Positions 55,442-64,000 of a DNA stretch of 64,000 nucleotides are shown here, one piece after another. The first letter of the stretch is position 1. Each line of letters begins with the position of its first letter. Origin of the DNA: a bacterium (GTDB lineage Bacteria > Krumholzibacteriota > Krumholzibacteriia > LZORAL124-64-63); the NCBI GenBank assembly GCA_024231905.1, contig JAAEQC010000140.1, positions 56,566 through 120,565 of the forward strand, in the 5' to 3' direction. Under the pieces are notes generated by a model. The model was given only the letters and a program-made list of their open reading frames with translations, did not search any database and was not told where the DNA came from. The translations under genes were made by a program, and so were the position numbers.

Positions 55442-57757
55442 TCAGATCTGGAACAGGTACTGGAGCTTCATGAAGTACCGCCGTTCGGTCGTCCGGTACA
55501 GGGACGACGCACCTTCGGCGGCCCCGTTGAAATCGCGCCAGTCATGGGTGGATCCCAGGTAGAAAACGGAGAACGAGTTCACCCGGTAGGTGATGAGCGG
55601 ATCCAGTTCCCAGCCGCCGCCGAAGTACATGTGGTAGGTCGGGAAATCGCTGGGCTCCCGGCGAGCCAGCTCCAGGAACGGCGGGTTCTCGGAGCCGACG
55701 CGCTGGGCCACCAACCGCAAGGACAGGCGCCGGGTGACCTGCCAGCGGAGGCGCGCCCGCAGGATGGTCTGCTCGAAGAGCTTCTCGCCCGTGTGCGAGT
55801 CCTCGGAGCGGATGTAGTCCACCGTCGGCTCGAGGATGACGTTGTCCAGGGGCTTGAGATGGAGTTCTCCGGTCAAGCTCATCTCGTCGCCGCGGACCTC
55901 GGAGAAGATGGCCGGATTCTCGCCCACGTTGCCCCGCACGAACCAGCCGATGCGGTCATGGGGACGGCTGTCGACCCAGAAGAAGGCGCGCCAGAGATCC
56001 TGGTAACGCCTGCCGCCCCAGGTCTCCTCGCCGATCTCGCAGCCCATGCCGAAGCCGGTCTGGGCCCAGCGCAGATTCGTGTTCACCTGGCCGGTGGCGT
56101 GGCGCCACTTGTTGCGGCCGTCGAAGTCCCAGCGACCGTTGAGGAAGACGCTGGGCGAGAGCCGTTCCACCAGGCCCTCGTCGCGATTGATGTTGTAGCT
56201 GGTCCAGACGAAGGCATTGCGCTGGTCGTTCCAGGGATCGTAGCCGGTCTGGGTGCGGTAAGTGGGGCTGACCTGGTTGTAGTCGAAGGTGATGTTCCAG
56301 CGGTCGGCCCGGCGCCGGAGCTGGGTGATGAAGGCATCGCCGTCGAATACCTCACCGTCCAGGTCGACCGTGTGCTCGCCGTTGGCGAAAACCTCACCTG
56401 CGCTGATCTCCACGTCCTCGGGTTCCTCGGTGCGGCTGTGGACGTACTGGCCGATCCAGCTCCAGGAGTTCGACAGACGGAGGTTGGCGTCGCCGGCGAG
56501 GATCGTGCCCGCGCCGCCGTCGTCGTAGCGCCGGTCGGTGACCATGAGGCCCGCTTGGGAGTTGTTGCCCAGGCTGTGCAGCACGCGCAGGACGTTCACG
56601 TTGGAGTAGCCCATGGGCTGGAGCTCCGAGCGCTCGGCCAGGGGCACGATGTAGGGGGAGTTCTCGTCGCGGGCGAACATGTAGGCGGCACTGGTCTTCT
56701 CCCAGCGGGCGGTGGCCTTGGCCGCCACCTCCGGGTCGACGACCATGCGCGTGTAGAACGAGTTGAAGTAGGTGCGGAAGAGGTCGTTGCCCTCCTGGAA
56801 GAAGGGTCGCCGCTCGGGGAAGCGCAGCTGGATGGACGTGTTGACGTCGAGTTGGGCGGCGTCGGCCTCGATCTGGCTGAAGTCCGGATTCCAGGTGCCT
56901 TCGACGGTGACGTCGGAGGTCACCGAGTACTTGGCGCCCAGGGAGGCCTGGCCCACGATATCCTCGTTGTCGAGGCCCGAGTCAGCATCCGTCCGTTCGT
57001 TGATGGTCGACTTCTGGCTCGCCACGAAGGAGGGCAGGATCTCCAGGCCCTTGCCCGCCGCCACGCCTTCGACGCCCTCGAGGGTGCCCCACTGGCAGGG
57101 TCCGCACTGGTCGTCCCGGTCCCAGGCCGCCCAGGCGTAGTTGTGGTAGCTGTCGCGGGGGTGGTTGCGTCGCAGGTCCAGGCGCCAGTTCTGGACGTCG
57201 CCCTCGGGGAAGCGCATGGAGGAGAAGGGGATGGCGATCTCCACGCTCCAGCCCGTGTCCGTCATGCGCGCTGCCGAGTGCCAGACCATGTCGAAGCCCC
57301 GGTCCTCGCCCTGGACGTTGGTCCACATGAGATCCTTCTGGATCCCGTAGGCATTCACCCAGAGGACGTAGGCCCACTGGCCCTCGCCGAAGGTGTCCAG
57401 GTACAAGCCCACGGCGTCGTCGCCGTTGAACTGGTCGCGCTGGCAGAGGGTGGTGCGGATGGCCGCCGGGTCGTCCTCGCAGACGAAGCCCACGTAGAGG
57501 TTCTCGTCGTCGTAGGTGACCCGGGACTCGGTGCGGGCCAGGGGGGCCGCGTAGCTCACGGGCCAGCGTTCGGAGAAGTTGTCCACGCGGCCGGCGTCAC
57601 GCCAGCCGGCTTCGTCGAGGACGCCGTCGATCTCGATGCCACTCGCGGAGCGGTGGGTCTCGAGAACAGGCCGCACGGCGGGCTCGTGGGCGGATTGGGC
57701 CGAGGCGGTGGAGGTGCAGACGATCGCGCAGGCCAGAACGATGCAGGCAGATCTCAT
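55442..57757 (-). CDS. CBM9-like plus DUF5916 outer-membrane protein (paralog of 24505-26778)
   Basis: IDGVLDE..W, NPDFSQIEAD, FPERRPFFQEG, KLQYLF. Confidence 0.88.
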   Translation of the reverse strand: MRSACIVLACAIVCTSTASAQSAHEPAVRPVLETHRSASGIEIDGVLDEAGWRDAGRVDNFSERWPVSYAAPLARTESRVTYDDENLYVGFVCEDDPAAIRTTLCQRDQFNGDDAVGLYLDTFGEGQWAYVLWVNAYGIQKDLMWTNVQGEDRGFDMVWHSAARMTDTGWSVEIAIPFSSMRFPEGDVQNWRLDLRRNHPRDSYHNYAWAAWDRDDQCGPCQWGTLEGVEGVAAGKGLEILPSFVASQKSTINERTDADSGLDNEDIVGQASLGAKYSVTSDVTVEGTWNPDFSQIEADAAQLDVNTSIQLRFPERRPFFQEGNDLFRTYFNSFYTRMVVDPEVAAKATARWEKTSAAYMFARDENSPYIVPLAERSELQPMGYSNVNVLRVLHSLGNNSQAGLMVTDRRYDDGGAGTILAGDANLRLSNSWSWIGQYVHSRTEEPEDVEISAGEVFANGEHTVDLDGEVFDGDAFITQLRRRADRWNITFDYNQVSPTYRTQTGYDPWNDQRNAFVWTSYNINRDEGLVERLSPSVFLNGRWDFDGRNKWRHATGQVNTNLRWAQTGFGMGCEIGEETWGGRRYQDLWRAFFWVDSRPHDRIGWFVRGNVGENPAIFSEVRGDEMSLTGELHLKPLDNVILEPTVDYIRSEDSHTGEKLFEQTILRARLRWQVTRRLSLRLVAQRVGSENPPFLELARREPSDFPTYHMYFGGGWELDPLITYRVNSFSVFYLGSTHDWRDFNGAAEGASSLYRTTERRYFMKLQYLFQI

Positions 57758-57999
57758 CCCTGTGCTCCCAGGTGTGGCGGCGCCGAACGGGGTGGGAGCG
57801 CTCGTGCCACGCGGGGTTTGCTGTGCCGGGTTGGGATAGCTGTCGGGAGGCCGTCAACCCTGGTGCTGACCTGGGGATTACGCGCCGGACGCCGAAAAGG
57901 TTCATACCTATCGCACCGATGGGAAATTTCGGAGGAACTGTCGGTCCAGAAAGAGCTATAATGCGGAGTCGCCGATCCCCGACATCCCCGAGGACGAGT

Positions 58000-58446
58000 A
58001 TGCAGCGCCGCCGCACCACCGTTGACTGTCTGGGCCTGGCCGTGGTCGTGGCCGCGGTGTGGTCGGCGGTCGGCGGAACCGGCATCCGCCCCGGCGACAG
58101 CTACTTCGTCTTCGACCCCGTCGCCCAGCACGGCTTCCTGACAACGGTGGTCGCCGGCGACGCGTGCCCCCTGACAGGGATGCCTCTGGCGAAGGTGCCC
58201 GTCCGCCGAACGTCCTGTGACGCCGGGCGTTCCCATTGCGCTGAAGCCGCCGGTTCCCCGGGACGTCCTTGCAGTTCCCGGGCGAATTCCTGCGTTTGTT
58301 TCCAGCTGGGCCAATTGGCCCTGCACACCGTCGAACCGCCGGTCCTGGGCGACGACGGCCCCGCACGGGGTCGCTCTGCCGCGCATCAACCATCGGCGGC
58401 GAGCCGTCCTATCCGGCCTCCCATCCCGCCTCCGCGCTCCGCCTGA
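58000..58446 (+). CDS. DUF2946/CutF-like leader protein
   Basis: N-terminal hydrophobic segment, scattered Cys including CVC, C-terminal RPPIPPPRSA; TATAAT at 57957. Confidence 0.6.
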   Translation: MQRRRTTVDCLGLAVVVAAVWSAVGGTGIRPGDSYFVFDPVAQHGFLTTVVAGDACPLTGMPLAKVPVRRTSCDAGRSHCAEAAGSPGRPCSSRANSCVCFQLGQLALHTVEPPVLGDDGPARGRSAAHQPSAASRPIRPPIPPPRSA

Positions 58447-58514
58447 TTCTTCGATCATCGTGGTCCCGCTGCCTGCGGGGCCGAACCCGGAACCGGAAAC
58501 AGGAGGAGTCCGCC

Positions 58515-58967
58515 ATGCGGAAATCCACGCTCATCATCATGCTCGTCACCATGGTGGCCGCGGCCGGCCTTGCCTACGCCGACGAGCCCGTCAAGTGCGA
58601 GAAGGCCGCCAGTTGCCAGACCACCTGCAAGACCACCTGCAAAACGGCCGACGGCGCCAAGTGCTCCGAGACGTGCAAGGTCGACGACAAGGCCAAGTGC
58701 TGCCGGACGGCCTGCGCCAAGCACGCAGACGACGCCGAAGCCTGCAAGAAGGCCGGCTGCGCGACAGCTGCGTCCTGCACGACCAAGTGCAGTGATTCGG
58801 CCAAATGCGGCGGCGACCCCGCCAAGTGCACCGCCGGCAAGGACTGCAAGCCCGCCTGCGGCAAGGAAGCCTGCGCCAAGGCAGCGGCCTGCAAGGCCAA
58901 GGCGGCGGAGGCGGCCAAGGCGTCCTGCGATCCCACGTGCAAGGCGACGTGCGGCACGAAGAAGTAG
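58515..58967 (+). CDS. Secreted Cys/Lys/Ala-rich metallothionein-like protein
   Basis: AGGAGGAG RBS, signal peptide ending AYA, 22 Cys in about 128 mature residues, many CxxxC. Confidence 0.85.
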   Translation: MRKSTLIIMLVTMVAAAGLAYADEPVKCEKAASCQTTCKTTCKTADGAKCSETCKVDDKAKCCRTACAKHADDAEACKKAGCATAASCTTKCSDSAKCGGDPAKCTAGKDCKPACGKEACAKAAACKAKAAEAAKASCDPTCKATCGTKK

Positions 58968-58991
58968 GGACCTGGCCTACGCAGCATGCAG

Positions 58992-59023
58992 AGGCGCCCG
59001 CCGGTCATGGCCGGCGGGCGCTT
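58992..59023. terminator. Terminator hairpin between convergent genes
   Basis: GCGCCCGCCGG...CCGGCGGGCGC. Confidence 0.75.
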
Positions 59024-59100
59024 ATTGTCTGGTCGAATGCGCGTGATGGGAACAGTCGTGCCGTGCGGGCCGTCAACCGAAGCTCTTCGGTCCCTGCTAC

Positions 59101-60111
59101 TCAGAACCGCCCGATCTCCAACTCCTCCAATGCCGCGAGGATCGCCTCGTGCACCCGCCCGTTGCTGACGATGACGCCCAGGTTCTCCTCCAGCCGGTAG
59201 CCGTGGCTGAAGTCCAGGTCGCGCCCCAGCACGTCGGTCACGCGTCCGCCGGCCTCGGTCAGGACGAGCACGCCGCCGGCGTGATCCCAGATCTTCTCCC
59301 GGTACTCGGCCGAGCGCGGCAGGCGCAGATAGGCCTCCGCTTCGCCGCGGGCCACCACCGCGTACTTGGTCATGCTGTCCAGCCGGACCGGTTCGGCGCG
59401 GATGGCCAGGCGCTCGGCGATGCGGGCGGCGGCGTCGTGGGACGAGTGGGCCTTCTCGACCGACTCGCAGAAACGAATCAGCGCCGGGTCGGCTTCCCCG
59501 CTGACGCGCAACGGAACGGCGGCGGCCTCGCCGTCCATGGGCACCTGCCAGGCACCGGCCCCGCGGATGGCCAGCATCACGGTGCCGGCGCCGCGGTCGC
59601 CGTCCAGCGCCGGGCCCAGATTCGGGCAGGCCAGGGCCGACAGGACGATCTCGCCGTCGAGCACGAGGGCCAGTCCCACGGCGTACTGCTGCCCGCGCAG
59701 GAACCCCTTGGTGCCGTCGATGGGATCGAGGGTCCACAGGCGGGGGACGGCTTCCTTGTGAGCGCCGCGGTCGATCCAGGTGCAGATATCGTCGGTGGTC
59801 GCGTCGGTGACCCGGGCTCGGACGAGGTCGGTCACCCGCTCGAGAGTGGCGGCGTTGGCCGGGTCGCGCAGGGCGGCGCTGTTCTCCTCACCGATGACCG
59901 GATCGGCGGGGAAGGCTTCGCCCAGGGCCTTGCACACCAGGGCCTGGCTGCCGAAGTCCGCCACGGTGACGGGGCTGCGGTCCTTCTTCTCCAGGGCGCC
60001 TGGGTCGAGGCTCGCCTGGACCTCGCGGCACAGCAGGCCCGCCGTGCGCACGGCGGCCAGGGCCGTTTCCAGTTCGGTGGAGAGGGCGTGGCCGGTCCAG
60101 GGGGTCGTCAT
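59101..60111 (-). CDS. 3'(2'),5'-bisphosphate nucleotidase, HAL2/SAL1 type
   Basis: KDRSPVTVADF, LDPIDGTKGF, CPNL, CESVE, EKIWDHAGG. Confidence 0.9.
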   Translation of the reverse strand: MTTPWTGHALSTELETALAAVRTAGLLCREVQASLDPGALEKKDRSPVTVADFGSQALVCKALGEAFPADPVIGEENSAALRDPANAATLERVTDLVRARVTDATTDDICTWIDRGAHKEAVPRLWTLDPIDGTKGFLRGQQYAVGLALVLDGEIVLSALACPNLGPALDGDRGAGTVMLAIRGAGAWQVPMDGEAAAVPLRVSGEADPALIRFCESVEKAHSSHDAAARIAERLAIRAEPVRLDSMTKYAVVARGEAEAYLRLPRSAEYREKIWDHAGGVLVLTEAGGRVTDVLGRDLDFSHGYRLEENLGVIVSNGRVHEAILAALEELEIGRF

Positions 60112-60262
60112 GGTTCTCGCCTTCGTTCGGTTGTGCCTACAAGATCGCGTCCGGCCCGCTCAAGGTCCTCGGGGACCTTGGGTATTGCAGTAACACTCGA
60201 GCCGCTTGATGTCCGGTGCGCCGAGTCGAATCCTTGGGCCGTCGCCCCGATTTTCCGGGAAT

Positions 60263-61624
60263 CTAACCGCTGCCGGCTGCAGGGGCCACTTCCGGTTCGG
60301 CGGCTGCCAGCTCCCTGTGCAAACGCAACGCCCGCCAGGCCACCACCAGGGTCTCCACCGAGCCGCCCGCCATGATCAGGATCGTGGCCAGGAGGGCGCC
60401 GTTCACCGTGGGATCGCGGGCCACGATCAGGAAGCCCGGGACCACCAGCACCAGGGTCTTCAGGGCGCTGGCCAGGGCGATGATCCCCGTGCGGCGCCGG
60501 TTCATGAGGAACCCCTGCGAGAACGAGCGCCAGCCCATGGGAATCGGTTGGAAGGGAATGAAGAGCAGGGCGCCGGCCACGTAGGCGGCCTTGTCCGGTT
60601 CCAGGGAGAAGACGTGCAGCAGGAGAACGCCCCGGAGCGGGGTCCACACCCAGGCGCCGATGGCCACCACGAAGACCAGGATGACCGCGCCGGAGAAGCG
60701 GGCCAGGCGCCGGAAGTCGTGGCGGTCGTTCACCAGCACGAGGGTGGTGTTCTGCAGAGCCCACAGGGGTGAGGCCATGAGGATCAGCAGGGGGAAGACG
60801 AAGCCCAGGGCACCCTGGGCCAGGTCCGGATCCACGGTGCGGCCCATGACCGCGTTGAGCAGCGGTCGCATGAGGGCCCAGGCCACGGTGCTCACCATGA
60901 GCGGGCCGATGAAGACCAGGAAGTGGCGCCAGCCCACGCGTTCGTCCTCGCCCGCGTCCACGCCCTCGGCGCGGCGACGGACCAGTCCCACGGCCTGGAG
61001 GCCGGAGTACACGGCCTCGACAAAGATCCCCACGGTCATGGCCATGCCGCCGACCACCGCCGGCGGCAGCCAGCCCCGGCCGGACAGGGCGAAGACGAAA
61101 CTCGCCAGGCAGGCCAGACGCACGCCCGTGGCCAGGCTGATCAGGCGGGTGTTCCGGTGGCGCATGATGATGCCCCAGGCCAGGGAGCGCAGGGGCAGCA
61201 GCAGGGGGATGGGCGCCTGCACCAGCAGGATGCGCTGGGCCAGTTCCGTCACCGCCGGGGTCGAGCCCATGACGTCGGCGAAGAGCCACGTGCCCAGGGG
61301 CGACACGGCCAAGGCCAGGTCCACCACGCAGATGACCGCGCCCAGGCTCAGTCCCTTGGCGATGAGGTCGCGGCGGGCTCGCGGACCGGCGCCCATGGCG
61401 GTGACGATCTGCTGGAAGGGAAAGAGGGGCGAATTGAGGAAGACCGCCGTGCCGAAGCCCACGCCGTAGGCGGCGAGCTGGACGATGGCGTCCTCGCACC
61501 GGCCCAGGGCGGCGTTGATGATGGGGTGGGCCAGCGTCATCATCTGGCTCGTCAGGACCAACGGCCAGTAGAAGGCGAGGATCTGGCGGTAGCCCAGCGG
61601 CGTCTGCTCTGAGCTGGGCGTCAC
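60263..61624 (-). CDS. ANKH-like / MATE-superfamily membrane transporter
   Basis: About 12 TM in two repeats; FYWPL...INAALGRCEDAIVQLAAYG; GTG start overlaps the guaA stop. Confidence 0.75.
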   Translation of the reverse strand: MTPSSEQTPLGYRQILAFYWPLVLTSQMMTLAHPIINAALGRCEDAIVQLAAYGVGFGTAVFLNSPLFPFQQIVTAMGAGPRARRDLIAKGLSLGAVICVVDLALAVSPLGTWLFADVMGSTPAVTELAQRILLVQAPIPLLLPLRSLAWGIIMRHRNTRLISLATGVRLACLASFVFALSGRGWLPPAVVGGMAMTVGIFVEAVYSGLQAVGLVRRRAEGVDAGEDERVGWRHFLVFIGPLMVSTVAWALMRPLLNAVMGRTVDPDLAQGALGFVFPLLILMASPLWALQNTTLVLVNDRHDFRRLARFSGAVILVFVVAIGAWVWTPLRGVLLLHVFSLEPDKAAYVAGALLFIPFQPIPMGWRSFSQGFLMNRRRTGIIALASALKTLVLVVPGFLIVARDPTVNGALLATILIMAGGSVETLVVAWRALRLHRELAAAEPEVAPAAGSG

Positions 61625-63444
61625 TCCCACTCGATGGTTCCCGGCGGCTTGCTGGTCAGGTCGTAGGCCAGGCCGCTGATGCCGGGCAGGGCGAGGATGT
61701 CGCGCTTCAATTCCAGGAGCAGGGGACGCGGCAGCTCGGCCGCCGTGGCGGTCATGGCGCGCTCGGAGAAGATGGGGCGGACGATGCACAGTTCGCGGCC
61801 GGCGCCGTCGATCTCCACCGGCACGAGCACCGTCGGGCACTGCCACACGTCCTGGTAGATGCCGTGGCGGCGCAGGCCCTCCATGACCAGGTGATCGCAT
61901 TCACGGAGCAGATCCAGGCGCTCGCGGGTCATGCCCGCGGCCAGGGGACGGAACGCGCGCGGCATGGTGTCCGCCAGGTTCCACAGGGCCCGGTTCAGAC
62001 CGTCCACGGTCTTGAAGACGCGGCCGCTGACCTTCTGCAGGGTCTCCCAATCGGCCTTCCCATGGAAGAGGACCGGATGCTCGTAACTGCGCAAGTCGGC
62101 CTTCACGCCCACGGACTTGATGGGCAGGGGTACGGCCTGGAGACCGTGCTCGGAGGCGGCTTCCCGCACTGCCGGCGTGATCGACTCCAGCTGCTCCGCG
62201 TCGGCCACTTCGCCGTTCGAGCAGAGCAGGCGCACACCCAGTCCGGGACCGGGGAACGGGTGCCGCCAGATCATGTCGTGGGGGATGCCCAGCCTGTCGC
62301 CCAGTTCGCGCACTTCCACCTTGTAGAGGTCGGCCAAGGGCTCGACGACCTTCCCGGCGGCGATCATCTCCTCGATGATGGGCACCCGGTTGTGGTGGGT
62401 CTTGATGGTGTCGGCGCGCTTGGTGCCGCCGGTCTCGATGGTGTCCGGGTAGATGGTGCCCTGGCCCAGCAGGTGTTCGGTCAGACCCAGCCGCCGCGCC
62501 TCGTCCTCGAAGACGGCGATGAAGGTGTCACCGATGGCCCGTCGCTTCTCCTCGGGCTCGATCTTGCCTTCCAGGGCGGCCAGGAAGGTGTCGGTGGCGT
62601 CGATGAAGTGGAAGTCGTCGCCCAGGCCGAATTCAGCGAAGGCTTGCACCACGCCGGCGGACTCGTCCTTGCGCATGAGGCCGTTATCCACGTGCAGCAG
62701 TTTCAGCTTTCCGGGACCGAGGGCCTCGGCGAAGAGCTTGGCGGCCACGGTGGAGTCCACGCCGCCCGAGGCCAGCAGGAAAACCGCGCCGTCGCCCACC
62801 TGGGCGCGGATCTTGGCCACCTCCTGCTGGACGAAACCGTCCATGGTCCAGGTGGGGTGGCAGCCGCAGATTCCCAGGGCGAAGTTGGCGATCATCTCGT
62901 CGCCGTGGAGGGTGTCGTCCACCTCGGGGTGGAACTGGAAGCCGTAGCGGCGCAATTCGTCGGACCCGATGGCCGCGAAGCGGTGGGGTTCGGCGCCTTC
63001 GCCCAGCACTGTGTAGCCCAGCTCCTCGAAGTCCGGTCCCACGGCAGTCACCGAATCGAAGTGGCTCATCCAGACCTGCTCGGACTCGCCCAGGCCGGCG
63101 AAGAGCGGGTGTTCGCGGTTCAGGTGCAGGTCGGCGTGACCCCACTCCTGCTTGCCGTTGATGACCGTGCCGCCATAATGCTTGGCGATTTCCTGGTGGC
63201 CGAAGCAGAAGCCGAGGATGGGCACGTCGAGGTCGTAGATACCCTTGTTGTAGCCCGAGTCCTCGCCGAAGGAGGCCATGGACGGGCTGCCGCTGAGGAT
63301 GATCCCCTTGTAGTCGGCGAAGGCTTCCAGGGGATCCTCGGGCTGGCGGATCTCGGCCAGGACGCGGGCGCGGCGCACCTTGGTGGCGATGAGATGGGCG
63401 TACTGCCCGCCGAAGTCGATGACGGCGATCTTGTCGTGCTGCAT
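61621..63444 (-). CDS. guaA: GMP synthase (glutamine-hydrolysing), long form
   Basis: DFGGQY, GFCFGHQ, QFHPE, SGGVDS, IKTHHN, RHPFPGPGL, KPPGTIEWE. Confidence 0.95.
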   Translation of the reverse strand: MQHDKIAVIDFGGQYAHLIATKVRRARVLAEIRQPEDPLEAFADYKGIILSGSPSMASFGEDSGYNKGIYDLDVPILGFCFGHQEIAKHYGGTVINGKQEWGHADLHLNREHPLFAGLGESEQVWMSHFDSVTAVGPDFEELGYTVLGEGAEPHRFAAIGSDELRRYGFQFHPEVDDTLHGDEMIANFALGICGCHPTWTMDGFVQQEVAKIRAQVGDGAVFLLASGGVDSTVAAKLFAEALGPGKLKLLHVDNGLMRKDESAGVVQAFAEFGLGDDFHFIDATDTFLAALEGKIEPEEKRRAIGDTFIAVFEDEARRLGLTEHLLGQGTIYPDTIETGGTKRADTIKTHHNRVPIIEEMIAAGKVVEPLADLYKVEVRELGDRLGIPHDMIWRHPFPGPGLGVRLLCSNGEVADAEQLESITPAVREAASEHGLQAVPLPIKSVGVKADLRSYEHPVLFHGKADWETLQKVSGRVFKTVDGLNRALWNLADTMPRAFRPLAAGMTRERLDLLRECDHLVMEGLRRHGIYQDVWQCPTVLVPVEIDGAGRELCIVRPIFSERAMTATAAELPRPLLLELKRDILALPGISGLAYDLTSKPPGTIEWE

Positions 63445-63556
63445 GGATCCGTCCCGGGGCCAGGGGTCAGCGGGGTAGCCGGCGCGGCGCGCGGCCGGGA
63501 AAGCCCATAATTAACCCACAAGACGGAATTCCTCAACCGGGTTCGGCGTCCGCGGC

Positions 63557-64000
63557 TCAGTTGAAGGGATTCGGGTAGACGGGGCCGATCCCGTAGTCGG
63601 GCTCGGCCGCCGGGACAATCCGTACGGGCATCGTCGTTTGCGCCTTGGGCGGCGCCGGCGCCGGGCGGGGCGCCCACAGGAACTCCAAACGGTCCGATCC
63701 CGAGATTTCCGTCACCACGTACATCCGGGTATGGGTGATCGTGTCGCCGAAGGTGAAGATCATCTCCTCGTTCAATTCGAGCTGGCCCATGATTTCCCCA
63801 TTCTCGTTCCTCGCCGAAAAGGGCGGCAAGTCGTAGAGGTGGGGAAAGAGCGTCATGTCCCTGAGGACGATCTTACCGCGGTCGTCGGTTACGCCCACGG
63901 GACTGTGGTCCGAGTCGAGCAGGGCCATGAGCATGGGCGCCGTGCCCTGCCAGATGACCGCGTCGGTGCCCAACTCGTGGACGACGAGCCGGGCCACGTA
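63557..64000 (-). CDS. Hypothetical protein, 3' part only, ending in YPNPFN
   Basis: Open frame to the window edge; C-terminus GPVYPNPFN*. Confidence 0.7.
   Translation of the reverse strand, partial: YVARLVVHELGTDAVIWQGTAPMLMALLDSDHSPVGVTDDRGKIVLRDMTLFPHLYDLPPFSARNENGEIMGQLELNEEMIFTFGDTITHTRMYVVTEISGSDRLEFLWAPRPAPAPPKAQTTMPVRIVPAAEPDYGIGPVYPNPFN

Noticed and set aside
1-64000. tRNA, rRNA, tmRNA or riboswitch
   Set aside because: No recognisable conserved motifs by eye; a covariance-model search would be needed to exclude them.

Overview
GC-rich bacterial chromosomal window with about 55 densely packed genes. I found no rRNA, tRNA, CRISPR array, intact transposase or prophage. Secreted proteins carrying PNPFN(P)/FlgD-Ig tails and a short C-terminal SWxxxKxx(F/Y)R tail suggest an FCB-related candidate lineage such as Ca. 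Krumholzibacteriota, Latescibacterota or Eisenbacteria (inference only). Highlights: (1) the 5' part of a BamB-type tungsten class II benzoyl-CoA reductase subunit, missed by the ORF track, with its own promoter and a palindromic operator; (2) a gntR-activase-hypD hydroxyproline dehydratase operon; (3) a BCP peroxiredoxin with an in-frame UGA at the peroxidatic position and a SECIS-like hairpin; (4) a putative C-terminal sorting motif shared by unrelated secreted proteins; (5) a PPxPPP-ending leader-like ORF in front of a secreted 22-Cys metallothionein-like protein; (6) a Xis/BldC-like HTH gene with phased 10-bp direct repeats over its promoter; (7) guaA coupled to an ANKH-like transporter and followed by a HAL2-type nucleotidase. 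The rest is transport, peptidase, regulator and envelope genes. All family calls come from motif recognition and recalled sequences; no database search was run.
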